From positions 192,001 through 256,000 of the forward strand of contig OZ242383.1 in the NCBI GenBank assembly GCA_965209155.1: 64,000 nucleotides of DNA, read 5' to 3'. The DNA is from a bacterium. Its GTDB lineage: Bacteria; SAR324; NAC60-12. Position numbers and translations under genes: made by a program. Below are positions 50,669 to 59,935 of this stretch, one piece after another; positions within the stretch are counted from its first letter, which is position 1; each line of letters starts with the position of its first letter. The notes under the pieces are model-generated. The model made no database searches and had not been told where the DNA came from. It saw only the letters and a list, made by a program, of their open reading frames with translations.

Positions 50669-51844
50669 TTGATGGACACTTTCCTACCAAGAAATCTTTA
50701 CGAAATTGCAAAGGCACGGCTGACGAGATATCCGGTGGTGGCCGTGTTGGGGGCAAGGCAGTGTGGAAAATCAACGATCGCCAAACAACTTATTCGTGAG
50801 AGAAATTCGATCTATTTAGACTTGGAAAGTCTGGCAGATCTCAACAAACTTCAGGATCCCGAGATTTTTTTTGAAATCAACAAAGGTCATTTGATTTGTC
50901 TGGATGAGATCCAACGGCGGCCTGAACTTTTCCCCGTATTGAGAAGTATTGTCGACCAAAGAAGCCGGCCGGGCCAATTGCTGATTCTGGGGTCCGCGTC
51001 TCGGGATTTGATTCGCCAAAGTTCGGAATCGTTGGCCGGTCGCATTTCCTACCTGGAATTGACACCTTTTTATTATCCCGAAGTCGAAGCCTCCGCCGAC
51101 TCGCAGGAAGTTCTTCGAAAACTTTGGTTGCGAGGGGGGTTCCCGCGGAGTTATCTTGCGGAAACGGAAGAGGACAGCTTTCAGTGGAGAACGGATTTCG
51201 TGAAAACCTTTTTGGAACGTGATATTCCACAATTGGGATTCAACGTCCCGGCAATGACGATGCAACGCTTGTGGCGGATGTGCGCTCATAGCCAGGGACA
51301 ACTACTCAACAGTTCCAAACTCGGCGATTCTCTGGGGTTAGGGCACACGAAAGTCCGCTCCTATTTGGACTTATTGGCACAAACTTTTGTCATTCGGATT
51401 TTGGAACCGTATCACGCCAATGTAAAAAAACGTCTTGTCAAATCCCCCAAGATATATATTCGAGACAGCGGCCTGCTCCACAACTTATTGGGTCTTGAAT
51501 CCTTGAACGATCTTTTGGGACACCCTGTTTATGGCGCCTCTTGGGAAGGATTTGTTCTGGAAAATATCCTGACTGCGTTTCCTGACTGGAACGCTTTCTT
51601 TTATCGGACTTCTCACAATACGGAAATAGATCTGATCCTGGAAAAGGGCAACCGCAGAATAGGCATTGAATGCAAAGCCTCCAGCGCACCTCGAGTGAAT
51701 CGAGGATTTTGGAATGTGGTCGAGGATCTCGAGTTGGAAAAAACCTGGATCATTGCTCCCGTCGATGCGCCTTATCCGGTGAGGCGAAATGCAGTCGTCT
51801 CTCCGTTGGCAGCTTTTCTGGAAGAAATAACGGGGATGGCTTGA
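50669..51844 (+). CDS. AAA_14 / DUF4143 ATP-binding protein
   Basis: GARQCGKS, CLDEIQ, ESLAGR, RGGFP, KIYIRDSG, EID..IECK. Confidence 0.9.
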   Translation: MMDTFLPRNLYEIAKARLTRYPVVAVLGARQCGKSTIAKQLIRERNSIYLDLESLADLNKLQDPEIFFEINKGHLICLDEIQRRPELFPVLRSIVDQRSRPGQLLILGSASRDLIRQSSESLAGRISYLELTPFYYPEVEASADSQEVLRKLWLRGGFPRSYLAETEEDSFQWRTDFVKTFLERDIPQLGFNVPAMTMQRLWRMCAHSQGQLLNSSKLGDSLGLGHTKVRSYLDLLAQTFVIRILEPYHANVKKRLVKSPKIYIRDSGLLHNLLGLESLNDLLGHPVYGASWEGFVLENILTAFPDWNAFFYRTSHNTEIDLILEKGNRRIGIECKASSAPRVNRGFWNVVEDLELEKTWIIAPVDAPYPVRRNAVVSPLAAFLEEITGMA

Positions 51845-52199
51845 ATTTTCAAATGCACTTTATTGAGCCTTGCCTCATAAGGCGGTTATTCCGCATATCC
51901 CTGAAACCACTCAATCAAATAATCTTCTACCAGAGAATTGCAAACGCTTTTTCTCACGACCTCTGAACGATATCACCAGCATAATACCTCAACAATGTTT
52001 CCAAATCTTTGAGTTGGGGGAGCTTTAAGATGTATTGATTTTGTGGAGATGAAATTAAAATTATTCTTGCTCGATGACCTTGCGCAGTACGATAGAAATA
52101 ACAGGCTTTCGACTTGCCACTGAATTTTACAAAAGCGATGGACAATAATCCTTTTTTGATTTTCACGATATCCCATGATAGAAAATGTGAACATTTTTT

Positions 52200-53447
52200 A
52201 TGAAAAATAGAAAAGACATCAAAATACTTTTGAAGACGAAAATCATGAAAGCAGAATTTCAAGGAATGACAAAAGGCTCAGGGCAATATCCGCCATTGAG
52301 AGAGGTGCGAAAGAGTTTTCGACCCGACTGGTACAGACCTCGCCTTGATTCTAAAAAATTTCGAGAACTCAGTCAGCGCAGCGACCTGCAAGCCTGTTTT
52401 CAGACTTTGGGCCACCTGGGTTTGTGGGTGGTTACCGGGGTGCTCTCATTCTTTTTTTTCAAGCAAGAGCTTTGGATCGGTTTTGGCGTTGCTCTCTTTC
52501 TTCATGGTACGGTCGGAACTTTTTTCCAAGGTGCTGCCGTGCACGAATTGGGGCATGGTACGGTTTTTCGCACCCGCAGGCTTAACGATTTTTTTAACAA
52601 AATTTTCAGCACCCTGGGTTGGATCAACATCTATGACTTCAAAATGAGTCATACCTATCACCACCTCTATACCTTACATCCCATTGGTGATCGTGAAGTC
52701 GTTCTTCCGCTCAATCCCAAAATGAGTCTTTTTGACTTCATTCAAATTTTCACCTTCAATTTTACCAGCACTTTTGAATCATTCGGTCTCATTCCGCGAT
52801 GCGATTATTTCATCAATTCAGCGCTCAATCGCTATCCGAAAGGCAAAGCCGTTGGCGCGGGAGAGGAAGAAGGCGATTGGCTGCAGGCGCTATACGAAGG
52901 TGAACCGGAAAAACGCAGCAAAGCCGTCCATTGGGCTCGAATAGTGCTTGGATTTCATGCCCTGGTCATACTTTTTTCAGTGGCCATCGGGGAGCCCATA
53001 CTGATCCTTCTCATTTCGGGGAGCGCATTTACGGCAAACTGGCTGAGAAGCTTCGTCGGTGGTGTGATGCACACCGGTTTGATGCAAAATGTACCCGACA
53101 TCCGCCTGAATACCCGGAGTAATACCTTGGATCCCATATCCGAATTTCTGTATTGGCATATGAACTGGCATATCGAACACCATATGTATCCAGGGGTCCC
53201 CTGTTACAATTTGAAAAAATTGCATGAAGCAACCAAAGAGGACATGCCCCAACCCCGTACTTTGATTGGTGCCTGGCGAGAGGTGCATGCCATCTGGCGC
53301 AAGCAGCAAGAAGATCCGAATTATGAATTTGAAACCCCTTTGCCACCCACTGCCCATCGTGCTGTGACTAAAACCAAACAAGCGAAAGCAGTGGACGTGT
53401 TGGAATCTGAATGGGTGAGTAAAATTGCTCCGCAAGGCTTTCAGTAG
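52200..53447 (+). CDS. Fatty acid desaturase-family di-iron membrane enzyme (MocD-like); start uncertain
   Basis: His boxes HELGH, HTYHH, HIEHH. Confidence 0.87.
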   Translation: MKNRKDIKILLKTKIMKAEFQGMTKGSGQYPPLREVRKSFRPDWYRPRLDSKKFRELSQRSDLQACFQTLGHLGLWVVTGVLSFFFFKQELWIGFGVALFLHGTVGTFFQGAAVHELGHGTVFRTRRLNDFFNKIFSTLGWINIYDFKMSHTYHHLYTLHPIGDREVVLPLNPKMSLFDFIQIFTFNFTSTFESFGLIPRCDYFINSALNRYPKGKAVGAGEEEGDWLQALYEGEPEKRSKAVHWARIVLGFHALVILFSVAIGEPILILLISGSAFTANWLRSFVGGVMHTGLMQNVPDIRLNTRSNTLDPISEFLYWHMNWHIEHHMYPGVPCYNLKKLHEATKEDMPQPRTLIGAWREVHAIWRKQQEDPNYEFETPLPPTAHRAVTKTKQAKAVDVLESEWVSKIAPQGFQ

Positions 53448-53537
53448 TATTTGAAAGTGCGGGGTATGAAATTCCAGGGAAGAAACGAAGTTATTTTAGA
53501 CGTCATAATTTGTCCAGGACTTCTTCTGTTTTCATTC

Positions 53538-54368
53538 CTACATTCCAAGCGGATCCGGACAGTTGCGAAAGCCTTGATCCAGTCCATTCAGAATCTCCAT
53601 CTGTGACGCACTCAGGTTGAAATCAAAGACATCCGCATTTTCTTCAATTCGTTGAGGACGAACCGATTTGGGAATCACAGTCTGACCACGCTGCAATGCC
53701 CAACGGATCATAACCTGGGCAGCTGTTTTTTGAGATTCTTTTGCAATGCGTCGAATGCTGGGATCGTTGAAACGATGACCCCGGACAAGCGGACAATAAC
53801 CGGTGAGATGAATTTTTTCTTGCAGACAGAATGAGACGATGGTTTGTTGTTGTTGGAAGGGATTGAGTTCGATTTGGTTGACGACGGGACGCGCGTTTCC
53901 GTTCTCCAATAATTCTTTTATATGTTTGGGGGCAAAATTGCTGACGCCTATCGAACGACTGCGACCTTCTTGCCGGATGCGTTCCAGGGCACGCCATGTT
54001 TGCAAATTGGATCCCCTTGATGGCCAATGAATCAAGTAAAGATCCACAAAGTCCAATTTCATCCTCTTCAAGCTCTTGTCGAATGCTCTCAGAGCCGCAT
54101 CGTAACCATGATCGGAATTCCACAGTTTGGTGGTGAGAAACACCTCTTCTCTCTCGAGACCCGACGCGCGAAAGGCATCTCCAACGTCTTTCTCATTTCC
54201 ATACATCTGCGCCGTATCGACATGCCGGTATCCGCTCTGCAAAGCATACAATGTTGCGTTAAAAGTCTCCTTTCCGGAGTGAGCTTCCCAGACTCCAAGC
54301 CCTAGTAACGGCATACGATTACCGTCCCGAAGCGTGATATGGCTGTCGATCTTTAGAGACTGATTCAT
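53538..54368 (-). CDS. Aldo/keto reductase
   Basis: GYRHVDTAQMYGNE, DLYLIHWP, IGVSNF, IPKS. Confidence 0.95.
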   Translation of the reverse strand: MNQSLKIDSHITLRDGNRMPLLGLGVWEAHSGKETFNATLYALQSGYRHVDTAQMYGNEKDVGDAFRASGLEREEVFLTTKLWNSDHGYDAALRAFDKSLKRMKLDFVDLYLIHWPSRGSNLQTWRALERIRQEGRSRSIGVSNFAPKHIKELLENGNARPVVNQIELNPFQQQQTIVSFCLQEKIHLTGYCPLVRGHRFNDPSIRRIAKESQKTAAQVMIRWALQRGQTVIPKSVRPQRIEENADVFDFNLSASQMEILNGLDQGFRNCPDPLGM

Positions 54369-54441
54369 ATTAAATTTTCAAATTGATTTTGCGGTCTTTT
54401 CACACTGGCACACTGCGGCGAAAGTCTGTACATGACCTCTG

Positions 54442-54576
54442 TGTCATTTCCGCGCGGACGGAAATCCAGGGTTACTGAGATAGGGCAACCGATTCTGGGG
54501 ATGGTCATTCCCGCGCAGACGGGAATCCAAGGTATTGAAACGAACCCTGGATTCCGGGTCTGCGCCCGGAATGACA
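54442..54576. repeat. Palindromic repeats of the same gtcattcc...ggaatcc family as 1246-1325
   Basis: gtcatttccgcgcggacggaaatcc; gtcattcccgcgcagacgggaatcc; ggattccgggtctgcgcccggaatgac. Confidence 0.8.
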
Positions 54577-54780
54577 ACGCTGCCTATGACCGGAAAGTGA
54601 AAAAACATGTACTCGCTTTTACCCTACGGAATTGTGTTTCATAAAATATAGCCGGTTTGGGATTTCATTGGCAAGGGATAAACCACATTCCAAGTTCTAA
54701 TATTGCAAGTATGATTACATTTCTGAATTTTTCGTTACTTAAAATTTTCAGAAATATTCCATCTACTCGACTTTGAACTA

Positions 54781-55599
54781 TCAATGAAACACAATGCCAC
54801 CATCGACGTTGATTGCCTGACCGGTGACGTTTTCAGCAGTTGCCAGGTAGACGGCTAATTGGCCAATGTCCTCAGGGGTTTGGGGACGGCCGAGAGGGGG
54901 AATCGTTTGGATTCGTTGCCAGGCTTGCTCTTTTGACTCCTCGCCCTCTCTATATCCCTCAGATAAATATTCAAACATTTGCGTACCGATGATCCCAGGA
55001 CAAATCGCATTGACCCGAACGTTGGCAGGAGCCAGTTCCTTTGCCAGGGCATTGGTGAAACCCACCACGGCGAATTTCGAGGCGCAGTAATGAGCTTGTT
55101 TTGGAACTCCCATTTTCCCGGCAATCGAGGCAATGTTGATAATACATCCTCCGTTTTGGGCTTTCATGACGGGGATTGCCGCCTGACACGAGAAGAAGAC
55201 CCCTTTCGCATTGACGGCAAAAGTGAGATCCCAAGCCTCCTCACTCAATGCTTCGACGAGTGAGAGAGTGATCACCCCGGCATTGCAAACGAGGATATGC
55301 AGGTGACCGAGTTGCTCGATTGTCTCCTCAACCATTCGTCGCGTATCCTCTTTCTTAGTGACATCCGCCTGCAGCGCAATCGCCCGCCGGCCCAGGGCCA
55401 GAATGTCGCTGGAGGTCGACCTGGCGTCAGTCAGTCCCCCAACTGCTGCAGTACCATATTGTTGCATCGTACTGGATAACTGCTCGACATCTGCGATGGC
55501 GATATCCACACCGGCTTGGGCAAGAGCGATTGCAATACCGCGCCCAATCCCTCGTGCCCCTCCCGTAACCAGGGCCACTTTTCCCTCGAGTGATTCCAT
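54781..55599 (-). CDS. SDR family oxidoreductase
   Basis: TGGARGIG, NAG, YCASK, VNAICPG. Confidence 0.95.
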   Translation of the reverse strand: MESLEGKVALVTGGARGIGRGIAIALAQAGVDIAIADVEQLSSTMQQYGTAAVGGLTDARSTSSDILALGRRAIALQADVTKKEDTRRMVEETIEQLGHLHILVCNAGVITLSLVEALSEEAWDLTFAVNAKGVFFSCQAAIPVMKAQNGGCIINIASIAGKMGVPKQAHYCASKFAVVGFTNALAKELAPANVRVNAICPGIIGTQMFEYLSEGYREGEESKEQAWQRIQTIPPLGRPQTPEDIGQLAVYLATAENVTGQAINVDGGIVFH

Positions 55600-55845
55600 G
55601 TCTCTTTCCTTTCTGCTGAGTTTCCCCTCTGAAATTTAAAAAATAAACTTTTAGATTTTTATCAAACTTTTTAAGGATTATGAAGCAATAACAGTGTTAA
55701 AATAAAGAGAATCCGCTAGTGGCGGTTGATTGTAACGCAGAATAAAAGAAAACGATTCAATACGCGAACCTGCAGTTCATATCCTGTTTGTATAGGACAC
55801 CCTCCTGTGAATTGAATCCTGAAAGCATTGAAATGAAAAAATAAA

Positions 55846-56721
55846 ATGATCGAAATAATATCTCATGATTGCGCAGATGACCTCATTTCTTTTTCAGGTG
55901 CCTACCTGGAGTTGAATGAGTGTGAAAATCATTTACCGTATGGTCTGGCATTCGCACTCGCTAAGAACCCCCTCTATTTCGGCTCCAAGTCTCCTCTTCT
56001 GTTGACCATCTTGAAGAAAAAAAATGTAATTGGCGTGGTTGTAATGACGCCACCTTATAGAATCATCTTGAGCAAATTTGAAAAAAGAATCGAAGAGTCA
56101 ATGGTTTTATTAAAACGCTACTTAAAAAGAAACGATACTACAATCACCAGTGTTGTCGGGCCAGAAACCGAAGCCCAGGCATTTTCTGATTGTTGGGCTG
56201 AAGATAAGTACGAGGTATCATCCAGATTGGTTAGGCGAATGCGTGTATTTGAAGCAAGAAAAGTAGCGGATGTGCCTCTTTCACCAGGGAAGCTGAGATT
56301 GGCTGATATGGAAGACCTGTCACTTGTGGCACGTTGGCTTGCTGCTTTTTCAGAGGAAACAAGCCAGTCTGCCGATTTTAATAGAACCAAAAGTCAGGCA
56401 GTGCAACACATCAAGGATCAGCAAATATACATTTGGGATCGCAGGGGGCCGGTCTCTATTGCCAAAGAGTCTCGTCCGACAAAAAATGGTACTACGATTA
56501 ACGCGGTGTACACACCACCTGAGCATCGTAATCAAGGATATGCGACGTCATGCGTTTTGTCGTTGACAAAAAAGCTGCTCTCGCATCACTACTCGTTTTG
56601 TAGCCTATTTACTGATTTATCCAATCCAGCTTCTAACAGCATCTACTCGAAAATCGGCTATATGCCCGTGGGGGATGCATTTGAATTTAATTTATATATT
56701 GGGAAAAAAAATGGACGTTAA
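55846..56721 (+). CDS. GNAT acetyltransferase (FR47-like C-terminus)
   Basis: VYTPPEHRNQGYA, LFTDLSNPASNSIYSKIGY. Confidence 0.88.
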   Translation: MIEIISHDCADDLISFSGAYLELNECENHLPYGLAFALAKNPLYFGSKSPLLLTILKKKNVIGVVVMTPPYRIILSKFEKRIEESMVLLKRYLKRNDTTITSVVGPETEAQAFSDCWAEDKYEVSSRLVRRMRVFEARKVADVPLSPGKLRLADMEDLSLVARWLAAFSEETSQSADFNRTKSQAVQHIKDQQIYIWDRRGPVSIAKESRPTKNGTTINAVYTPPEHRNQGYATSCVLSLTKKLLSHHYSFCSLFTDLSNPASNSIYSKIGYMPVGDAFEFNLYIGKKNGR

Positions 56722-57049
56722 GGCCTATCTGATCAAGCTGAAGGAAGACTCTGGGGACCAAGTGTTTATGTGGGCAAGCGAGATAAATCGGCGTAAGGAT
56801 GAAGCTTTGGCCACATTGCATGTGGAAGGAGTAAAAATTGAATCTTGGTTTCTTCTTAAGCTGAATGGAGAAGATTATCTCATCTGCTACATTCGTTCCC
56901 AAGACATGGAACTTGCGCAGCAGGTCGCAAAGGAGTCGATTCACGATATTGATAAATATCACAAACAATTCAAAAGGGACACTTGGGTTCGAGGATCGGT
57001 GACGGAACTGGAATTGCTTGTGGATCTTTGCCAGGGGGGAGATGGTTGA
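56711..57049 (+). CDS. Conserved hypothetical protein (DUF6176-like)
   Basis: EGVKIESWFL..YLICY..S.HDIDKYHKQFK; overlaps the upstream GNAT stop. Confidence 0.65.
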   Translation: MDVKAYLIKLKEDSGDQVFMWASEINRRKDEALATLHVEGVKIESWFLLKLNGEDYLICYIRSQDMELAQQVAKESIHDIDKYHKQFKRDTWVRGSVTELELLVDLCQGGDG

Positions 57050-57135
57050 AATAGTTGCTTAGACACGGCACATTTTCTTCTATGGCTTTTCACCGAAAAA
57101 GAGTTCGAAAAGGAATCTTTATTACGACTTCTGAT

Positions 57136-57768
57136 ATGTATATACCAACTTTATTTAAGGAATCGCGCCCGGAAGTTCTCAAGTCCTTCATTGCAAAGCA
57201 TGCCTTTGCGACCCTGCTGACCTCGAGCGAAAGCGGCATTGAAGGATCCCATCTTCCCTTTATCTATTACTCCGAGAGAGGAATCCACGGTCACCTTGTG
57301 GGTCATATGGCGAAGGAAAATCACCAATGGAAGCGGCTCGAGTCTTCAGATGAAGTTTTGGTAATCTTCCAAGGACCCCATTGTTACATTTCTCCCACAT
57401 GGTACAAAAGCGAATTGGCTCCTCCCACTTGGAACTATGCGGTAGTTCATGTTTACGGAAAGCCACGACTGGTCTTTGAAGAATCAGCACTACGTGAAAT
57501 TCTCGAAAAGCTTGTCTCAATTTACGAATCACAACAAAATCGGCCATGGTCTATCCCATGGCATGACAAAAGATATAGGGACATGCTCAATGCCATTGTT
57601 GGTTTCGAAATTTCAGTCAACCGTATTGAGGGCAAATTCAAACTGAGCCAGAATCGACCAAATGCCGACCAGCAAAATGTGATCGATGTTCTCACAAATT
57701 CAATCATTGATGCCGAGCAGAAAGTTGGGTATTTGATGATGCAGATACGTGACAATAATGCCTTATAA
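57136..57768 (+). CDS. paiB: FMN-binding negative transcriptional regulator (PaiB family)
   Basis: MYIP..F, SHLPF, GHMAKEN, YISPTWY, PTWNY, GKFKLSQNR. Confidence 0.88.
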   Translation: MYIPTLFKESRPEVLKSFIAKHAFATLLTSSESGIEGSHLPFIYYSERGIHGHLVGHMAKENHQWKRLESSDEVLVIFQGPHCYISPTWYKSELAPPTWNYAVVHVYGKPRLVFEESALREILEKLVSIYESQQNRPWSIPWHDKRYRDMLNAIVGFEISVNRIEGKFKLSQNRPNADQQNVIDVLTNSIIDAEQKVGYLMMQIRDNNAL

Positions 57769-57897
57769 AATACGGTTTGCGTTGCAATCTGTCACCGAGT
57801 TTGTAAACAGTGAAAAAGATTATCGAAATGCCTGAGATTAATGGCCGAGTTAGAAAATTCCTCATTACTCCGAATCCTACATAACAAATAAACTGCT

Positions 57898-58590
57898 TTG
57901 GTACACACCCCCCGCCTGCTTGGACAAGTTGTAAGACAAATTGCTCATGTTGAATCGCCTCGAAAGATCAGCTACAAAGGCAAGTATGTTGTGTTGTCGC
58001 CAGTCAACCCGGAAGTCGATGTTGAAGAACTTTATGAATGCTCCCATGGTTCGTATATAAAAGAACTGGTATGGACCTACATGGGTTACGGTCCCTTTAA
58101 CAGCATACTCAGTATGCAAAAGTGGCTCGAGGAAATGGCAAATTCGAATGATCCACTCTTCTTCACAGTTAAAAATTGTGAAAGTGAACAACGTGTCGGG
58201 ATGGTGAGTTTTTTAAACATGGCTTCAGTTATGCTAAGACTGGAACTTGGACACATTTGGTATTCGCCTGATGCTCAAAGGTCGAAGGTAAACACAGAGG
58301 CTGTTTATCTGATGCTTTGCGAAGCTTTCGATAGACTGAAATATCGCCGCGTCGAATGGAAGTGTGATTCCCTGAACATAAGGTCTCGTTCGGCTGCACT
58401 ACGACTTGGTTTTAAATTTGAAGGCGTCTTCAGACAGCACATGATCATTAAAGGTCGAAATAGGGATACTGCCTGGTATTCAATGTTGGATAGTGAATGG
58501 GTTGCTATAAAGAGGAATATTGAGATTTGGTTGTATCATAACCCAGACAAAATATTGTCATTAACAGAGCTCAACGGTACCAAGGACTAA
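57898..58590 (+). CDS. GNAT acetyltransferase (RimJ/RimL type); start uncertain
   Basis: ELGHIWY, YRRVEWKCDSLN, RLGFKFEGVFRQH, RNRDTAWYS. Confidence 0.88.
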   Translation: MVHTPRLLGQVVRQIAHVESPRKISYKGKYVVLSPVNPEVDVEELYECSHGSYIKELVWTYMGYGPFNSILSMQKWLEEMANSNDPLFFTVKNCESEQRVGMVSFLNMASVMLRLELGHIWYSPDAQRSKVNTEAVYLMLCEAFDRLKYRRVEWKCDSLNIRSRSAALRLGFKFEGVFRQHMIIKGRNRDTAWYSMLDSEWVAIKRNIEIWLYHNPDKILSLTELNGTKD

Positions 58591-58871
58591 GAGTAGAACT
58601 GTGGTAAACACCGTTTTCTCACAGCCGGGAGCATTTGATGAATATTAAGTTTGGAGACCACGAACCCAAGAAAACCAAGCTAATTCCCAAATTTTAAATT
58701 GCTGACCTTCCCTACTCAGGTTTGATAAAAATGAAAAATATTCGATAAGACTTGATCATGAAATTGTTTTGCAATTCTAATTCAAGTACACCAATAAAAA
58801 ATGTGTGAAGTGGGTACCTGTTGTTAGTGAATAAAAAAAGCAAATTTATTCTTTTTGACAAGGTAAAGACA

Positions 58872-59090
58872 ATGCAGAAAAATTTTCCTAGCACCACAGC
58901 ACAGCTATTTCAAGAAATTGAAACTACCCCCATCGAGTATCAACCCTTGTTACTCAAAATGGAGCAATTATTTAAAGAAGGCATGACCCTGAAATCTTCA
59001 GAAAAAAGTTTTCGTCAGGGTTGGGAGGAGACCCTGACAGGTGAGACCCTCGCGATTGAAAATTTGTGGGATGGGATTGACGCTGAATGA
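58872..59090 (+). CDS. Putative orphan type II antitoxin
   Basis: 72 aa ending SFRQGWEETLTGETLAIENLWDGIDAE; the overlapping downstream ATG opens only a 10-codon frame. Confidence 0.55.
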   Translation: MQKNFPSTTAQLFQEIETTPIEYQPLLLKMEQLFKEGMTLKSSEKSFRQGWEETLTGETLAIENLWDGIDAE

Positions 59091-59475
59091 GTAGGAATGT
59101 GTTCACAAACGATTGAATAGCCCCGATTTTCGCTCCAATACACGCTCCATCCGTCTCAATCCATTCTTTGAATTTCTCTATTGGTTCATAAATTGGCATG
59201 CTGAGCAACATGTATGCCGGTGTGTCGTGTTACAAGCTGAGCTATCAATTTTTGCTATTTCCGAAAAAAATGATTTCGCATAAAAAATGTTTGCATTTTA
59301 TAATTTTTTTCTATAATCTGTCTCTAAAAGATTATGATAAAAAATATATCGGTTGCAATCGACGGGTTGAAACTATTGTCTATTGTCCGTATATATCAAT
59401 TATTTCAATGATTAATAAGATTAAGTTAGTCGATTCGATAATCGGGTCAGAAAAAAATAAAAATATAATTATTGT

Positions 59476-59504
59476 TTGATTCTTCAAAATTAATTAATTA
59501 TAAT
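59476..59504 (+). promoter_or_regulatory. Putative sigma70 promoter of the blaI-like operon
   Basis: TTGATT-N17-TATAAT, 43 nt before the ATG; aaggag RBS. Confidence 0.6.
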
Positions 59505-59547
59505 AATTGCAGATACTAACAAAAATCAGAAAAACATAAGGAGATGA

Positions 59548-59916
59548 ATGGTAGAAAAGATCAGCAATGCGGAACGGGTCGTGATGGAGGTTTTATGGGA
59601 AAAATCACCGTTATCGGCCCAAGAGGTGGTTGAAGCCGTTGCCCTGCAAAAGGACATGCATGAGAAAACCGTGAAGACGCTGTTGAACCACTTGTTAAAG
59701 AAAAAGATTTTGGGGTTCGATAAGGAAAAGAGAAAATATCTGTATTATCCCTTACTCAGCCGAAAAGCATACGTGCAATTTGAAAATAAAAAATTTTTGG
59801 AGAATTGGTTTGGTGACAAAGTCTCGCATCAATTACTGGTCAGTTTTGCGGCAAAGGAATTATTGAGCAAGCAAGAAATCGAGGAATTGAAAAAACTATT
59901 AGATGAAATGGATTGA
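59548..59916 (+). CDS. BlaI/MecI/CopY family transcriptional repressor
   Basis: ISNAERVVMEVLWE, TVKTLL..LLKKK, YLYYPL, LSKQEIEELKKLL. Confidence 0.93.
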   Translation: MVEKISNAERVVMEVLWEKSPLSAQEVVEAVALQKDMHEKTVKTLLNHLLKKKILGFDKEKRKYLYYPLLSRKAYVQFENKKFLENWFGDKVSHQLLVSFAAKELLSKQEIEELKKLLDEMD

Positions 59917-59935
59917 TCCATTGAGGAGGTGTTGA

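Noticed and set aside
55700..58700. GNAT/DUF6176/PaiB/GNAT run as integron cassettes
   Set aside because: Gene types fit, but I could not find paired RYYYAAC...GTTRRRY attC boxes and there is no integrase; IntegronFinder would settle it
59220..59540. BlaI-type TACA-N2-TGTA operator
   Set aside because: Not found; only AT-rich palindromes overlap the promoter
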